Source: Negativicutes bacterium (GTDB lineage: Bacteria; Bacillota; Negativicutes; UBA1444). From it: a DNA stretch of 64,000 nucleotides. Below are positions 19,254-29,905 of this stretch, piece after piece. The stretch's first letter is position 1, and each line of letters opens with the position of its first letter. The stretch spans positions 544,001 through 608,000 of the forward strand of contig CAXXIN010000007.1 of the NCBI GenBank assembly GCA_963665275.2. Direction: 5' to 3'. The notes beneath the pieces were generated by a model that did not search any database, had not been told where the DNA came from, and worked only from the letters and a program-made list of their open reading frames with translations. The position numbers and the translations under genes are program-made.

Positions 19254-19589
19254 TTACTTAAACATACCAAGTTTCTCAACCTTACTTACTCTTGTGGCAA
19301 AACTGCTATACCAAATATCTTGTCCCATCTTTTGGGCATCTTTATGTTTGGTATTATTCTTCCAATTTTCGATGGCTTGCAATGATTCCCAGTAAGATAT
19401 TCTTATCCCCACACCACTGGTATCTCTGACACTTTCCGCACCTAAAAATCCAGGTTGGCTATAGCCAAGTGCTTCCATTTCGTCGGCTGCCTGTTTAAAT
19501 CCGCCATCCCCATCAGTACGAACAGACGTGAATATAACCGCATAATAGGGTGGGGGTGGGGTTTTAGCTATTGCGCTCATCTCTGTCAC
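19254..19589 (-). CDS. Antibiotic-biosynthesis monooxygenase (ABM) domain protein
   Basis: TPPPPYYAVIFTS...QPGFLGAES...SYWESLQAIENWK...H..AQ. Confidence 0.8.
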   Translation of the reverse strand: MTEMSAIAKTPPPPYYAVIFTSVRTDGDGGFKQAADEMEALGYSQPGFLGAESVRDTSGVGIRISYWESLQAIENWKNNTKHKDAQKMGQDIWYSSFATRVSKVEKLGMFK

Positions 19590-19709
19590 TCCTCGTATAC
19601 TTGAATTCGTCTACTGCAACTATTTTTTTTGTCAAAATCGAAACTGGCCAACAGGCTCGTTTCAAAGGTTGCACGGGTCCACGGAAACCCCGATAGCAAT
19701 ATCCGCTAT

Positions 19710-20948
19710 TTATTTGGAGTTGATCGCTGCAACATCATCTGGTTGAAAAAGTTGCCCTGGCAAGAAGAATGCACAGCAGAAGGCGAGTATCGGTATCACA
19801 GCGATCACTGTAAAAACACTAGCTATGCCAAAATGGTCAGCAACATGGCCTAAGAGAACCACCGCGATGCCCCCCAACCCTATACTAAATCCGAGTGTAA
19901 GACTAGCCGCTAAAGCTTCGTACCCAGGCATCATCTCCTGGGCCAATACTATTGTGGACGAGAAAGACGCAATATAGGTAAAACCGATAGCCACCAGCAA
20001 TGGAAAAGTCCAAAAAACGGAGGCAGATCTGAACAACGCAAGCAGAGGCAAGGTGAGAGCCATAGAGGCCAGGATCACTGTTTTGCGGCCAAACCTGTCA
20101 CCAAGGGCTCCTCCTGTATAAGTCCCGACTACGCCACTCAGCATATACCCTGTTATCAGATAGCCGGCATAAACCGGGTTTCCGCCGAGATAGTCCACAA
20201 AATATAAAGGGATGTAGTTCACTAACCCCGCTGCAATACTTGACCGAAGAAAAATATAAATCATTAAAATAATCACCTTGGTATAGAGGATGGGAGCGTT
20301 AACCCTGATTTCCTTTTCGGCAACACGGCTCGCTAATGGCCGGGGAGACATCTGATGCAGGTTTCTCCAGAGTAACGCAGCAAGCACAATTGCCGGAAGG
20401 CAGAAATATAGAGTATTGCTAATAGATCCCGGTAGTGCCAACAAAGCCATCATGAAAACAGATCCGCAGGCTTGGCCTAAATTACCACCCAATGAATAGA
20501 TTGCCATGCTGCGACCCCGACTGTACAGGTTGCTTACTGCATAGACGCTCTTGGCGGCTTGGGGATGGAACGTGGCAACTCCTAGACCTGTGATGGTCAC
20601 GATTGCAAGTAACGCAGGGTAAGAAGGAGCTAAACCAGTGACTGCCGTGCCAACTCCGGCCAGTAGAAGCCCGGCAGGCACCAACCAGCTTAATGCCAAG
20701 CGATCGCTGAAGTAGCCGAAAATGGGTTGAATTACCGATGATGTTAAATTTTGAATTAACACAATAAAGCCGACTTGAGTATAGGTCAGGGCAAAGGCGC
20801 TTTTGAAAAAGGGTAAAAGTATTGGTAGCGCCCCTACACTTAAATCAGCAACTGCATGACTTAAGGAAATTAGCAGCAAGGATTTGTTCAGGTAAGATGG
20901 TTTCTTGTCGGACATATTGTATCTCCCATATGTGTTCATTAACAACAT
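19710..20948 (-). CDS. MFS transporter (Fsr-like)
   Basis: About 12 hydrophobic segments, QPIFGYFSDR, FHPQA, GDRFGRK. Confidence 0.85.
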   Translation of the reverse strand: MLLMNTYGRYNMSDKKPSYLNKSLLLISLSHAVADLSVGALPILLPFFKSAFALTYTQVGFIVLIQNLTSSVIQPIFGYFSDRLALSWLVPAGLLLAGVGTAVTGLAPSYPALLAIVTITGLGVATFHPQAAKSVYAVSNLYSRGRSMAIYSLGGNLGQACGSVFMMALLALPGSISNTLYFCLPAIVLAALLWRNLHQMSPRPLASRVAEKEIRVNAPILYTKVIILMIYIFLRSSIAAGLVNYIPLYFVDYLGGNPVYAGYLITGYMLSGVVGTYTGGALGDRFGRKTVILASMALTLPLLALFRSASVFWTFPLLVAIGFTYIASFSSTIVLAQEMMPGYEALAASLTLGFSIGLGGIAVVLLGHVADHFGIASVFTVIAVIPILAFCCAFFLPGQLFQPDDVAAINSK

Positions 20949-20984
20949 TTCTTATTTCGTTCTGTGTAGAAGCGAAGAAAGCAG

Positions 20985-21386
20985 CTATTTGTCCGTTGTA
21001 CGGGATGCCTCTTTAGCTTTTTTCGCTTGTTTATAAGACGACCAGAACATCTGCATACTCATCACCGCAAAGAAAACGCTGAAAATCTGACGCAGCAGAG
21101 TCTCGGAGATGCTGTTGGCAACATAGGCACCAACTACGCCCCCAAGCATCAGGCCTACAGCAAGAAAAGGGATAACCCGGTAGTTGATCATCTTGTTGCG
21201 GTGATGCCTGGCCACGCCGACCAAAGCGGTCGGAATCATGGCAGCCAGTGCGGCAGCCTGAGCGGCATGCTGGCCGATTCCCATGAATACCACTGCAGAG
21301 GCAACCAATACCGCTCCACCGCCGATTCCGAGCAGTCCGCTGAGCACACCCGTGACCATCCCTGTAAGAATGGCGATAATGATCAC
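20985..21386 (-). CDS. TauE/SafE-family membrane protein, half-size (second half)
   Basis: GVLSGLLGIGGGAVLV...QHAAQA. GTG start overlaps the TGA of the upstream half (GTGA). Confidence 0.7.
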   Translation of the reverse strand: MIIIAILTGMVTGVLSGLLGIGGGAVLVASAVVFMGIGQHAAQAAALAAMIPTALVGVARHHRNKMINYRVIPFLAVGLMLGGVVGAYVANSISETLLRQIFSVFFAVMSMQMFWSSYKQAKKAKEASRTTDK

Positions 21387-21757
21387 AAGCTCACCCCCAT
21401 CCTGATAGCGATGGAAAGCGCGAGGACCGCAAAAATCATTTTTAGGATATGGGGCTTCACGTAGGGCATGAGGGACGCCCCGATGAAAGCACCAAATATA
21501 CCGCCGACGGCGAACAGCCCGGCAAGCCCAAAGTCGAGCTGGCCGAACTCTTTGTATACAAAAGCGCTGACAACAGCTCCCGGTATAATAACGGCCAGGC
21601 TCGTTGCGTGCGCCATATGCTGGCTCACGCCCAGGAAGCTGACCATGAGAGGAACGAGAATGATGGCTCCGCCGATTCCCAGTAGTCCGCCGACGACTCC
21701 CCCGGCAAAGCCGATGAGGAGGGCTTTCAAATTCTCCACTCGCTGCATCCCTTTCAT
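21383..21757 (-). CDS. TauE/SafE-family membrane protein, half-size (first half)
   Basis: GVVGGLLGIGGAIILVP...QHMAHATSL. Confidence 0.75.
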   Translation of the reverse strand: MKGMQRVENLKALLIGFAGGVVGGLLGIGGAIILVPLMVSFLGVSQHMAHATSLAVIIPGAVVSAFVYKEFGQLDFGLAGLFAVGGIFGAFIGASLMPYVKPHILKMIFAVLALSIAIRMGVSL

Positions 21758-21943
21758 AAAATACAGAGATCAACCGTGCTTTGAATCAACGGAGCCGACC
21801 TATTTGGGATCGACACCGCTTTGCTTGCTTTACTATGCGAGAAATTCATTTCCTTGTTCACCGCCTTCTTCACCCATTGCCCCGCCCATCGGACGACTAA
21901 ATCGGCGAGATCGTGTTGGTCACGGACAAGCTGCAATTTTTTA

Positions 21944-22510
21944 TTATTGAAGATACTTTTGTTTAAATTCTCCCAGCATCGCGTGAAATTTTTCATGCGT
22001 TCCCATCCCAATGCGTTCTATTTCAATTTTTTCGAAGACTTCCGCCATTTCTTTCTGGTCCTCGGCAGAGATCTTCACATCAGCTATTGTATAGAGGTCG
22101 CGATCCTCCTTGGCAATGTGTTCGGTTAAAAGCCGAGCATAGCTTTTTGCTACCCCACTTAAATCTGACGCTGCGCTCTTGTTTCCCGCCTGGCGCCTTT
22201 TTAGCACTTCAGTCATTTCAACAACCAGTTTCCTGCCCAAAGCATGTTCTGCCAACAAATCCCTCACCAACTCAGATGTGGTCGGCACGCCCTCTTCTAC
22301 CAGTGCAGGGAACAAAACGTCCTCTTCTTTAGCGTGATGGCACTTGTCGACAAAGACTTTGAAGAACTCGATTAGTCTCTCAAGGTCAGCCGCGTATATA
22401 GCACCCTGAGTTCCCGGGGGTTCCACCAGCTTCGCACATAACTGTTCGAGGATCCGAAGTGACATTTTTACTCCATGATGTTCTTCTTTAAGCAGATCCG
22501 TGGCTTGCAT
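21944..22510 (-). CDS. Hemerythrin (HHE) domain protein
   Basis: LKEEH...CHHAKEEDVLFP...EH...HIAKED. Confidence 0.85.
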   Translation of the reverse strand: MQATDLLKEEHHGVKMSLRILEQLCAKLVEPPGTQGAIYAADLERLIEFFKVFVDKCHHAKEEDVLFPALVEEGVPTTSELVRDLLAEHALGRKLVVEMTEVLKRRQAGNKSAASDLSGVAKSYARLLTEHIAKEDRDLYTIADVKISAEDQKEMAEVFEKIEIERIGMGTHEKFHAMLGEFKQKYLQ

Positions 22511-22552
22511 CCTACACACCTCCATTATATTTTTTTTACGTTGTTCCCGTCC

Positions 22553-23734
22553 TCACTGGCTATATTCTGAAAAACGTCGACCAAATTCAAGGCAAGCCTG
22601 CTCATCCGGACTCCACAGATTTTTTAACTCCCCATCCATGACCGCAAACCCGGCTTCGGTGAGCAGCCGCGCCAAGACCTTGGGTCCTTCGCCACTCCAG
22701 CCATATGTGCCAAACGCTGCTGCCTTTTTCCCTTTGAAGGCAAGGCCTTTAATCTCTTCCATTAATCCCGCAAGAGAAGATAATATCCCCTTGTTGACGG
22801 TTGGGCAACCTAAAAGGATGGCCTTGGATTTAAATACTTCGGTGATGATATCGTTCTTGTCTGTTCGGGAACTGTTATAGAGTTTCACCATGACATCAGG
22901 ATCGGCAGTTCGTATTCCGGCCGCTATCTCTTCTGCCATGCGACGGGTTCCGTCCCACATGGTATCATAAATGATCGTGATCTGATTTTCCTTGTATGCC
23001 GCGGCCCATTTCACATAATTTTCTACGATTTGGAGCGGGTTGCTGCGCCAGAAGACCCCATGGCTTGGACAAATCATATCGATCGGCAGATTGAGAGCGA
23101 CGATGTCTTTGATTTTTTTCGCTACCAGCGGACTGAAAGGATTCAAGATATTGGCATAGTATTTGATGCACTCGGCATATAGTTCGTGTGGATCAACCAA
23201 GTCATTGTACATCTGCTCCGTAGCGTAGTGCTGGCCGAAGGCGTCATTGCTGAAAACGATGTTGTCCCCGGCAAGATAGCTGAGCATGCTGTCCGGCCAA
23301 TGGGGCATGGGCATTTCGATAAATGTCAGCTCTTTTGTACCCAGATTGAATTTGTCCCCTGTTTTCACGGCCTTGAAGTTCCAGTCCTGCCCATATTGAC
23401 CTTTGAGCGATTTTACGGCATTGGCGGTGCAGTAGATCGGCGTCTCCGGAATGCGCCGCATTAGTTCCGGCAGCGCTCCGCTATGATCCACCTCGCCATG
23501 GTTCATGATAATCGCGTCAATCGAAGCGAGATCTATTGTCTGCTGGAGATTATGGACAAATTCCTTGGCAAAAGGCAGCCAGACCGTGTCAATAAGGACA
23601 GTTTTTTCATCCTGAATCAAATAAGAGTTGTACGAAGAGCCCCGATGGGTTGAATACTCTTCGCCGTGAAATTTGCGCAGCTCCCAGTCAATCTTTCCTA
23701 CCCAGGTAACCCCTGGTTTAATTTGAAATGCCAT
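22553..23734 (-). CDS. Flavodiiron protein (FprA/NorV-like NO/O2 reductase)
   Basis: HGEVDHSG, HWPDSM, SNDAFGQH, PSHG, flavodoxin-like TMWDGT and FGTYGWSG. Confidence 0.92.
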   Translation of the reverse strand: MAFQIKPGVTWVGKIDWELRKFHGEEYSTHRGSSYNSYLIQDEKTVLIDTVWLPFAKEFVHNLQQTIDLASIDAIIMNHGEVDHSGALPELMRRIPETPIYCTANAVKSLKGQYGQDWNFKAVKTGDKFNLGTKELTFIEMPMPHWPDSMLSYLAGDNIVFSNDAFGQHYATEQMYNDLVDPHELYAECIKYYANILNPFSPLVAKKIKDIVALNLPIDMICPSHGVFWRSNPLQIVENYVKWAAAYKENQITIIYDTMWDGTRRMAEEIAAGIRTADPDVMVKLYNSSRTDKNDIITEVFKSKAILLGCPTVNKGILSSLAGLMEEIKGLAFKGKKAAAFGTYGWSGEGPKVLARLLTEAGFAVMDGELKNLWSPDEQACLEFGRRFSEYSQ

Positions 23735-23804
23735 TAATGAACCCTCCCCTGCATGATTTTTTCGGGTTGTGCGTTTTTCGAGCTAAAATATCGGTAGTTG
23801 TTCG

Positions 23805-24260
23805 CTACAAACCGTGCTTTCCCGAAATAGTCTCCATGTTCATTTTATAGACTAAAACTCGGTCCAGCATCTTTTCGATCACGGTCAGGCCTTTTTCAAA
23901 GTAATCAGGACTTTTACGTTTCACAACCCAGGTCATCACTTGCCGTTTGAACTCCGGTTCGTCGATCAGCTCAATTCCCCCTTCGACAATGACGGATTTG
24001 TACTTCCTGCCGAATCTACTGGGGACGATCTCATTTTCGCCGATGATCACTGCACATACCCATGGAGTTGCTTTCATGGAGCTCACTTTCCGACCTTCTT
24101 TTGAACCGTGGAAGTATAAGCTATTGCCATCGCGAACATAATCCATCGGTAACCCGTAAGGCCTGTCTGCCGGATCGTTTAGGCAAAGCACCGCATATTG
24201 ATTTTCATCAACAATCGCAAGAGCCTCTTCTTGAGACAACACCAAATCCAGCCGCCTCAT
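23805..24260 (-). CDS. Pyridoxamine 5'-phosphate oxidase / NimA-like flavin-binding protein
   Basis: MRRLD...PYGLPMDY...LYFHGSKEGRK...YKSVIVEG...ISGK. Confidence 0.8.
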   Translation of the reverse strand: MRRLDLVLSQEEALAIVDENQYAVLCLNDPADRPYGLPMDYVRDGNSLYFHGSKEGRKVSSMKATPWVCAVIIGENEIVPSRFGRKYKSVIVEGGIELIDEPEFKRQVMTWVVKRKSPDYFEKGLTVIEKMLDRVLVYKMNMETISGKHGL

Positions 24261-24329
24261 CTTTATTCCCCCTCATAAAAGTTCCGTCTCCTTACCGGCT
24301 TACAATTCAACAACTTCATAGAATTAAGT

Positions 24330-24692
24330 TTATGGAACATTCGTATTTTTGCCACTTTCAATATATTCCTTTAGGGCAACGGCGTTGTTGTGTTCAGTGT
24401 CTTTAGCAGCAAATACGAACGTTAAAGAGCCTACGGACACCTTTTCCATTATCGGGCGAAGTAGGTCATTCTTATTAGATAGTTCTGCAAAATAGCGCAT
24501 TTTAAACTCAGCCCATTTTGCCACATCATGCGCATACCACTTTCGAAGCTTCTCACTGGGGGCGATAGTCTTTTGCCAATCGCTAATTTGGACTTCTGAT
24601 TTAGTTAAGCCCCTCGGCCAAAGTCTATCCACCAAGATTCTGTAGCCGTCGCTTTCATCAACTTTGTCATAGACCCGCTTTATCTTTATCAT
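24330..24692 (-). CDS. DUF488 (YeaO-like) protein
   Basis: IKRVYD...DGYRILVDRLWPRG...IAPSEKLRKWYAHD...HNNAVAL. Confidence 0.88.
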   Translation of the reverse strand: MIKIKRVYDKVDESDGYRILVDRLWPRGLTKSEVQISDWQKTIAPSEKLRKWYAHDVAKWAEFKMRYFAELSNKNDLLRPIMEKVSVGSLTFVFAAKDTEHNNAVALKEYIESGKNTNVP

Positions 24693-24823
24693 TGTCTTAC
24701 CTCCAGTCCTCGATAACCCACTTCGCCAAGGCGGTGTGACAAATTGGGCATCTTATTTACATAACATGCCCAATTTACAAGGCTATTGAACGCCAGGGCA
24801 GTTATGCCAAAGTTTTTGATAAA

Positions 24824-25048
24824 CTACTCGACAGAAATTACCTGTACAGGACAGACTTCTGCTCCTTGGCGGGCGCACGATGCAAGATTATCCTCGACTT
24901 CTCCTTCAGCAATGTTACCACCGATCTGAAATTTAGCGACAATCTGGCTTTTCGCATCTTCGGCATTTTGTTCGTAGACATCAGAACATCTCGACCAACA
25001 GGCCCCGCAGCTGATGCATCCATCACGGTCTATGATGATTTTTACCAT
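24824..25048 (-). CDS. Ferredoxin
   Basis: CISCGACW..C...CPVQVI. Confidence 0.85.
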   Translation of the reverse strand: MVKIIIDRDGCISCGACWSRCSDVYEQNAEDAKSQIVAKFQIGGNIAEGEVEDNLASCARQGAEVCPVQVISVE

Positions 25049-25156
25049 TTCATTCACCTCCACATTTTATCTCAATGGTTATTCTTCAAGGGTTTAACCA
25101 ACCATGAAGTCCATTGGCAATTATACTGCTGCCTTTTTGTGATGTTGTGCCTGGGC

Positions 25157-25603
25157 TCAACCCTGAGTCAACTTGACCCACTCGCCGACCATCATTGAGG
25201 CCGGATATAAAACCTCTTCTTCATTTTGGGCGTGGATCATCAGTCTTTTCGCAAAACGAAGCATTTCAGGCCGATTTTCTTCTTTCGCTGCATCCCGGAG
25301 AATTTTCAGTGCTGCGCCAATATCCTGATGATCTGTCACCCTTAGAGGCAGCTCTTTTTTTAGTTGGTCCGTCAGATAGAGCACTTCCTTCATTTCCTCC
25401 GTTATATTACCTGCAGCCAAAGCGGGCAACAGAGACAATGGCGGCAATACAAGCTGCTCTTCTGTCGCAAAATGAGGCCGGATCATTTCCATCAATTTGC
25501 GGGCAGCATCAGCGACCTTTCCTCCGCCCTGGAACCCGGATTCCAATTCTTTAAGCAAATCTTCGTGTTCCATAGCCAGTGATTTGGGTGTTTTAACTTC
25601 CAT
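25157..25603 (-). CDS. Hemerythrin-like protein
   Basis: EH...HFATEE...DH...HAQNEEEVLYP. Confidence 0.7.
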   Translation of the reverse strand: MEVKTPKSLAMEHEDLLKELESGFQGGGKVADAARKLMEMIRPHFATEEQLVLPPLSLLPALAAGNITEEMKEVLYLTDQLKKELPLRVTDHQDIGAALKILRDAAKEENRPEMLRFAKRLMIHAQNEEEVLYPASMMVGEWVKLTQG

Positions 25604-25732
25604 AAAACAGCACCCCTCTTATATCTCCCTGATCAAACAGTTTTTCCATAGTTTACGTCTTCAACAAAGGGCAGCTGCCCTATCGGTTCGATAGATAATA
25701 ATCGGATGCCAATAGAGTCAGCTTTCTTGCAC

Positions 25733-27364
25733 TTATGCTTTCATAAACAGATCAATGTCGCCCTCAACTGTGCCGATGCCGGCAATTCCAAACGTTTCAA
25801 CCAGCACCTTGGCGACATTCGGGGATAAGAATCCCGGCAGTGTCGGCCCCAGGTGAATGTTCTTCACGCCCAGATACAACAGCGCCAACAAAACAATGAC
25901 CGCTTTTTGCTCATACCAGGCAATGTTGTAGGCGATCGGCAACTTGTTGATATCGTCAAGGCCGAAGACTTCTTTCAGTTTCAGCGCAATCACGGCCAGC
26001 GAATAGGAGTCATTGCACTGCCCTGCGTCCAGCACGCGGGGAATCCCGCCGATATCGCCCAGAGCCAGCTTGTTGTAGCGGTATTTGGCACAGCCTGCCG
26101 TCAGGATAACCGTGTCTTTGGGCAGTTTTGCCGCGAAATCCGTGTAGTATTCCCTCGACTTCATCCGGCCATCGCAACCGGCCATCACAAAGAATTTCTT
26201 GATCGCGCCGGATTTCACCGCAGCCACTACTTTATCCGCCAATGCAAATACCTGCTCGTGGGCAAACCCACCGACAATTTTGCCGGTTTCGATTTCGGTC
26301 GGCGACTTCAGTGTCTTGGCCATGGCAATGACGGCCGAAAAATCTTTTTTACCGTTTTTATCGGCTTCGATGTGCGGGCAGCCGGGATATCCCGAAGAAC
26401 CGGTCGTGAAGATCCGGGCCCGGACTTCCTCGCTGCGGGGCGGAACGATGCAATTGGTCGTGAACAGGATAGGCCCGTTGAATGATTCAAACTCGCCCAC
26501 CTGTTTCCACCAGGCATTGCCATAGTTTCCGACCAGATTGTCATACTTTTTAAACGCCGGATAATAATGGGCAGGCAACATTTCACTATGGGTATACACA
26601 TCGACGCCAGTGCCTTTTGTTTGTTCCAGCAGTTGCTCCAGGTCGGTCAGATCGTGACCCGATATTAGAATGGCCGGATTGTGGCGCACACCGAGATTCA
26701 CTTCCGTAATCTGAGGATGGCCATACTTTGTCGTGTTGGCCTCATCCAGCATCGCCATTGCCGTTACACCAAATTGCCCCGTCTTCAGTGTCAATGCCAC
26801 CAGTTCGTCGGCAGAAAGGCCATCATTGAGCGTTGCCACCAGGGCTTCATAAACGAAAGCGTAAAGTTCATTGTTTTCCTTGCCGATATTCAGGGCATGG
26901 TGCGCATATGCCGCCAGACCCTTCAATCCATAGGTAATCAGTTCGCGCAACGAACGGACGTCTTCATTCTTTGTTGCCAGCACACCAACGGTGGCGGCCT
27001 TAGTCAGCATGCTTTCCAGGGATGAAACTTCGAATGTTGCCGCGTCATGCAATTGTTTCACCGAAATCTTGGCCCGCAGTTCATTGCGCAGCACCAGCAT
27101 TTTTTTGATTTCTTTTTCAAAGGCGGCCCCGTCATAGTTGGCATTCGTAATTGTCATGAACAGGCTGTTGAGCACCTCGTGGTTTACCGGTCCCAGTTCA
27201 TTGACATCCAGTTTGCCTTTGACTACGATTTCCGAGATGCCTTTCAGCGTGTATATGAGCAAATCCTGAAGCTTGGCGATCTCTTCGGTTTTGCCACATA
27301 CGCCTCTGATTTCGCACCCTGTGCCTTTTGCTGTTTCTTGACATTGATAACAGAACATACTCAT
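25733..27364 (-). CDS. hcp: Hybrid cluster protein (hydroxylamine/NO reductase)
   Basis: MFCYQCQET...GVCGK, SGHDL, THSEMLP, TTNC, GCDG, GCAKY, GQCNDS, WYEQKA. Confidence 0.97.
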   Translation of the reverse strand: MSMFCYQCQETAKGTGCEIRGVCGKTEEIAKLQDLLIYTLKGISEIVVKGKLDVNELGPVNHEVLNSLFMTITNANYDGAAFEKEIKKMLVLRNELRAKISVKQLHDAATFEVSSLESMLTKAATVGVLATKNEDVRSLRELITYGLKGLAAYAHHALNIGKENNELYAFVYEALVATLNDGLSADELVALTLKTGQFGVTAMAMLDEANTTKYGHPQITEVNLGVRHNPAILISGHDLTDLEQLLEQTKGTGVDVYTHSEMLPAHYYPAFKKYDNLVGNYGNAWWKQVGEFESFNGPILFTTNCIVPPRSEEVRARIFTTGSSGYPGCPHIEADKNGKKDFSAVIAMAKTLKSPTEIETGKIVGGFAHEQVFALADKVVAAVKSGAIKKFFVMAGCDGRMKSREYYTDFAAKLPKDTVILTAGCAKYRYNKLALGDIGGIPRVLDAGQCNDSYSLAVIALKLKEVFGLDDINKLPIAYNIAWYEQKAVIVLLALLYLGVKNIHLGPTLPGFLSPNVAKVLVETFGIAGIGTVEGDIDLFMKA

Positions 27365-27449
27365 GGATATTCCCCCTTCTATTTTCCAGTTACATGGTTA
27401 TGGTGTTCTGGCAGTCAGCCAAATTTAAGGCATTGGCTGTTCATCTGTC

Positions 27450-27740
27450 CTATTGGATTATGATCTTGTAAAAGGTGGGTGTTGGACTCCCTTCAAACAA
27501 CCCAATCACTTTTTTTCCAGCTTCCGCATGGATAGGGCTGGAATGCATGGTCATAAAGTTCTCTTTACCCTCCATTTCAACGACGGCAGCATAGGTGCCG
27601 CCTTTTTCGGGTTCCAGAAGGCTCCTGCGGATAAACCCTGGGAATTTGCTGAACTCCGAGTTTGACCATTTGAACCAGGTCTTAAATGCTTCGTCCTGAC
27701 CGTCTTTAATCTTCGGGAACTGAATAATGGATACGAACAT
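27450..27740 (-). CDS. ABM-domain protein
   Basis: FKTWF...FPGFIRRSLL...FMTMHSSPIH; size and pattern fit the ABM family. Confidence 0.65.
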   Translation of the reverse strand: MFVSIIQFPKIKDGQDEAFKTWFKWSNSEFSKFPGFIRRSLLEPEKGGTYAAVVEMEGKENFMTMHSSPIHAEAGKKVIGLFEGSPTPTFYKIIIQ

Positions 27741-27807
27741 GAACTACACCTTCTTTCCATATTTTTTCGGCTTCGCTTGACCGTCTGGAATTCCCCACTG
27801 ATCACAA

Positions 27808-28395
27808 TTACAAGGCTATGGAACGTTGGTATTGTTGCCAAAGCTTCTGGGGACAGTCGTCCAGCACTTCTTTGTGAACCTGTCCAAGAATGGCCAGCGG
27901 CTGAACCATACCCAAGAACATCATGGCAGCGGCTGTGGCATCAATGTCCGGGCTGATCTCGCCCCTTTCCTGTCCCAGCAGCAGCAGCTTTTTCACCTGT
28001 TGTACATAGAAACCCACCGCAGACAACATGCTGGCCTTCAATTCAGGGTTGCGGTCGCTGCTGAGAAGAAAGTACAGAACGCGCGGCGTCGCAGCTTCTT
28101 CTTTGAGTAATGATACATGCAGTTCAAATAAAATCTTCAACTTGGCTATAGACGTTCCAGTAACGGTATTCATTTGATCTAAGTTATACTTAAGGCGTTT
28201 GTCTATGTGTTCGATTAGGGCGGCGACAATTTCCTCCCGTCCTTTGAAATGCCTGTATATGGCCGCCGGAACGATCCCAACCCTTGCCGCGATGTCCTGG
28301 ATGCTTAATTTGTCCAGTCCACTATGTTCGACAATCGCCAACGCAGCCTGAATAATTTCTTCTCTCCTGACTTCGGTGCTCTTTCTGCTTCTCAC
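27808..28395 (-). CDS. TetR/AcrR-family regulator
   Basis: RREEIIQAAL...IAARVGIVPAAIYRHFKGREEI. Confidence 0.92.
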   Translation of the reverse strand: MRSRKSTEVRREEIIQAALAIVEHSGLDKLSIQDIAARVGIVPAAIYRHFKGREEIVAALIEHIDKRLKYNLDQMNTVTGTSIAKLKILFELHVSLLKEEAATPRVLYFLLSSDRNPELKASMLSAVGFYVQQVKKLLLLGQERGEISPDIDATAAAMMFLGMVQPLAILGQVHKEVLDDCPQKLWQQYQRSIAL

Positions 28396-28488
28396 GAAAT
28401 CCCTCCTGACAACCTGTCGTTACAATTTCCGATCATTGGTTGTCTTTATGTTGCCGTTTGCCGGAGCCGACTGTCGCCTGGCAATAAA

Positions 28489-28713
28489 CTACGCGACGGC
28501 AATGACCTGCATGGGACATCCGTCAGCCGCCTGACGGACGCAGTCTGCCAAATTTTCCCCGACTTCTCCTTCACCGCTATTCCCCTGGACCTGATATTTA
28601 CCAACAATCTGGCTTTTCGCATCATCGGCATTGGATTCGAAGACTTCCGGGCAACTTCCCCAACAGGCTCCACAACCAATACAACCATCCCTGTCGATCG
28701 CTATTTTTACCAT
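28489..28713 (-). CDS. Ferredoxin (paralog of 24824-25048)
   Basis: CIGCGACWGSCPEVF...CPMQVI. Confidence 0.85.
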   Translation of the reverse strand: MVKIAIDRDGCIGCGACWGSCPEVFESNADDAKSQIVGKYQVQGNSGEGEVGENLADCVRQAADGCPMQVIAVA

Positions 28714-28777
28714 TTATTTTGCCTCCTGCTTTTATAGTCGAATATTCGTCAGGTTCACCAAAAATCCTGTCCCAACC

Positions 28778-29902
28778 TCAGGCAATATTCTTGTGAAATC
28801 TCTTGACTGCCATTGTTAAAACCAGGCTCCCAAGAACGAACAGTGCCAACATTTGCGGCCATAATATCGCCACTCCAGCTCCCTTTAGAAAAATTCCCCG
28901 GATGATAATCAGAAAATATCGCAATGGATTCAGATAGGTGAACAATTGCACTATCCCCGGCATATTGGCGATGGGGAACATGAATCCGGACAGGAGCACC
29001 GCCGGGAGATAAAAGAAGAAGGCCGACATCATGGCTTGCTGCTGGGTATCCGAAATGGTGGAAATGTAAAGACCGATGCCAATTGTTGTCATCAGATAAA
29101 ACCCATTGGCTGCCAGTAGCATGGCGATGCTGCCCTGAACCGGGATATCGAACCAGAATACGCTAATCAGCGTAACAAAAATCATGTTGACATAACCGAG
29201 AATAATCGACGGCATCGTTTTACCCAAAATAAATTCTGCCGAAGTGATCGGTGTAACAATGATCTGCTCCATGGTGCCCATTTCCTTTTCCCGGACTACC
29301 GACATACTGGTCAGCAGCAAGGTAACCAGCATTACGATCGATGCAATGACCCCCGGAACGTAAAAGTTCCGACTGGTCAAGTTTTCGTTAAACCAGGCTC
29401 GGGTCAGAAGATTGACCCCCATCGGTTCCTTTCCGGGAACCCCCGTTCGTTTCTGCAGAATTTCAATGGCGTCATTTCGTATAATGCCGTTTGCATAGTT
29501 CAAGACTACGCCGGCGGTGTTGGAATCCGTGCCGTCGACAATGATCTGAACTGAGGCCGTGGTCCCGGCTGTCAGGTTGGCGCTGTAATCAGGCGGAATA
29601 CGAAGAATCGCCGACACTTCTGCATGGTCGATGAGTTCGTCCATCTCCCTGTCGCTCCCTATCACTGTCTTAACCGTAAAGTAGCCCGAGCGAACAAATC
29701 GGTCGATCAGATCCCTGCTTTCCGGCGTTTGGCTCTGATCGTAGATGGCAGTGTCCACCTGTTTCACATCCGTTGTCACTGCATAACCAAAGACCATGCT
29801 CTGCACCAGCGGCATCACCAGCACAATCGCCCGCATTTTGGAATTGCGAAATATCTGGATAAATTCCTTCCTGATCATGCACAGTAATCGTTCCATCGCC
29901 AT
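28778..29902 (-). CDS. ABC-2 exporter permease (YbhR-like)
   Basis: KEFIQ, VREKEMGTMEQ, LLSGFMFPIANMP, NPLRYF. Confidence 0.9.
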   Translation of the reverse strand: MAMERLLCMIRKEFIQIFRNSKMRAIVLVMPLVQSMVFGYAVTTDVKQVDTAIYDQSQTPESRDLIDRFVRSGYFTVKTVIGSDREMDELIDHAEVSAILRIPPDYSANLTAGTTASVQIIVDGTDSNTAGVVLNYANGIIRNDAIEILQKRTGVPGKEPMGVNLLTRAWFNENLTSRNFYVPGVIASIVMLVTLLLTSMSVVREKEMGTMEQIIVTPITSAEFILGKTMPSIILGYVNMIFVTLISVFWFDIPVQGSIAMLLAANGFYLMTTIGIGLYISTISDTQQQAMMSAFFFYLPAVLLSGFMFPIANMPGIVQLFTYLNPLRYFLIIIRGIFLKGAGVAILWPQMLALFVLGSLVLTMAVKRFHKNIA

Positions 29903-29905
29903 ATT

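Noticed and set aside
20985-21773. 262-aa ORF as listed in the track
   Set aside because: The N-terminal half is an off-frame read of the upstream TauE half-gene. The plausible start is GTG at 21386.
21770-21940. Possible riboswitch or ncRNA upstream of the TauE genes
   Set aside because: I could not match any known aptamer consensus or convincing stem set by eye. An Rfam scan would be needed.
24741-24776. 11-bp inverted repeat AAATTGGGCAT...ATGCCCAATTT between the ferredoxin and DUF488 genes
   Set aside because: It could be a terminator or an operator, but it is single-copy with no T-tract or matching motif elsewhere, so no call is supportable.
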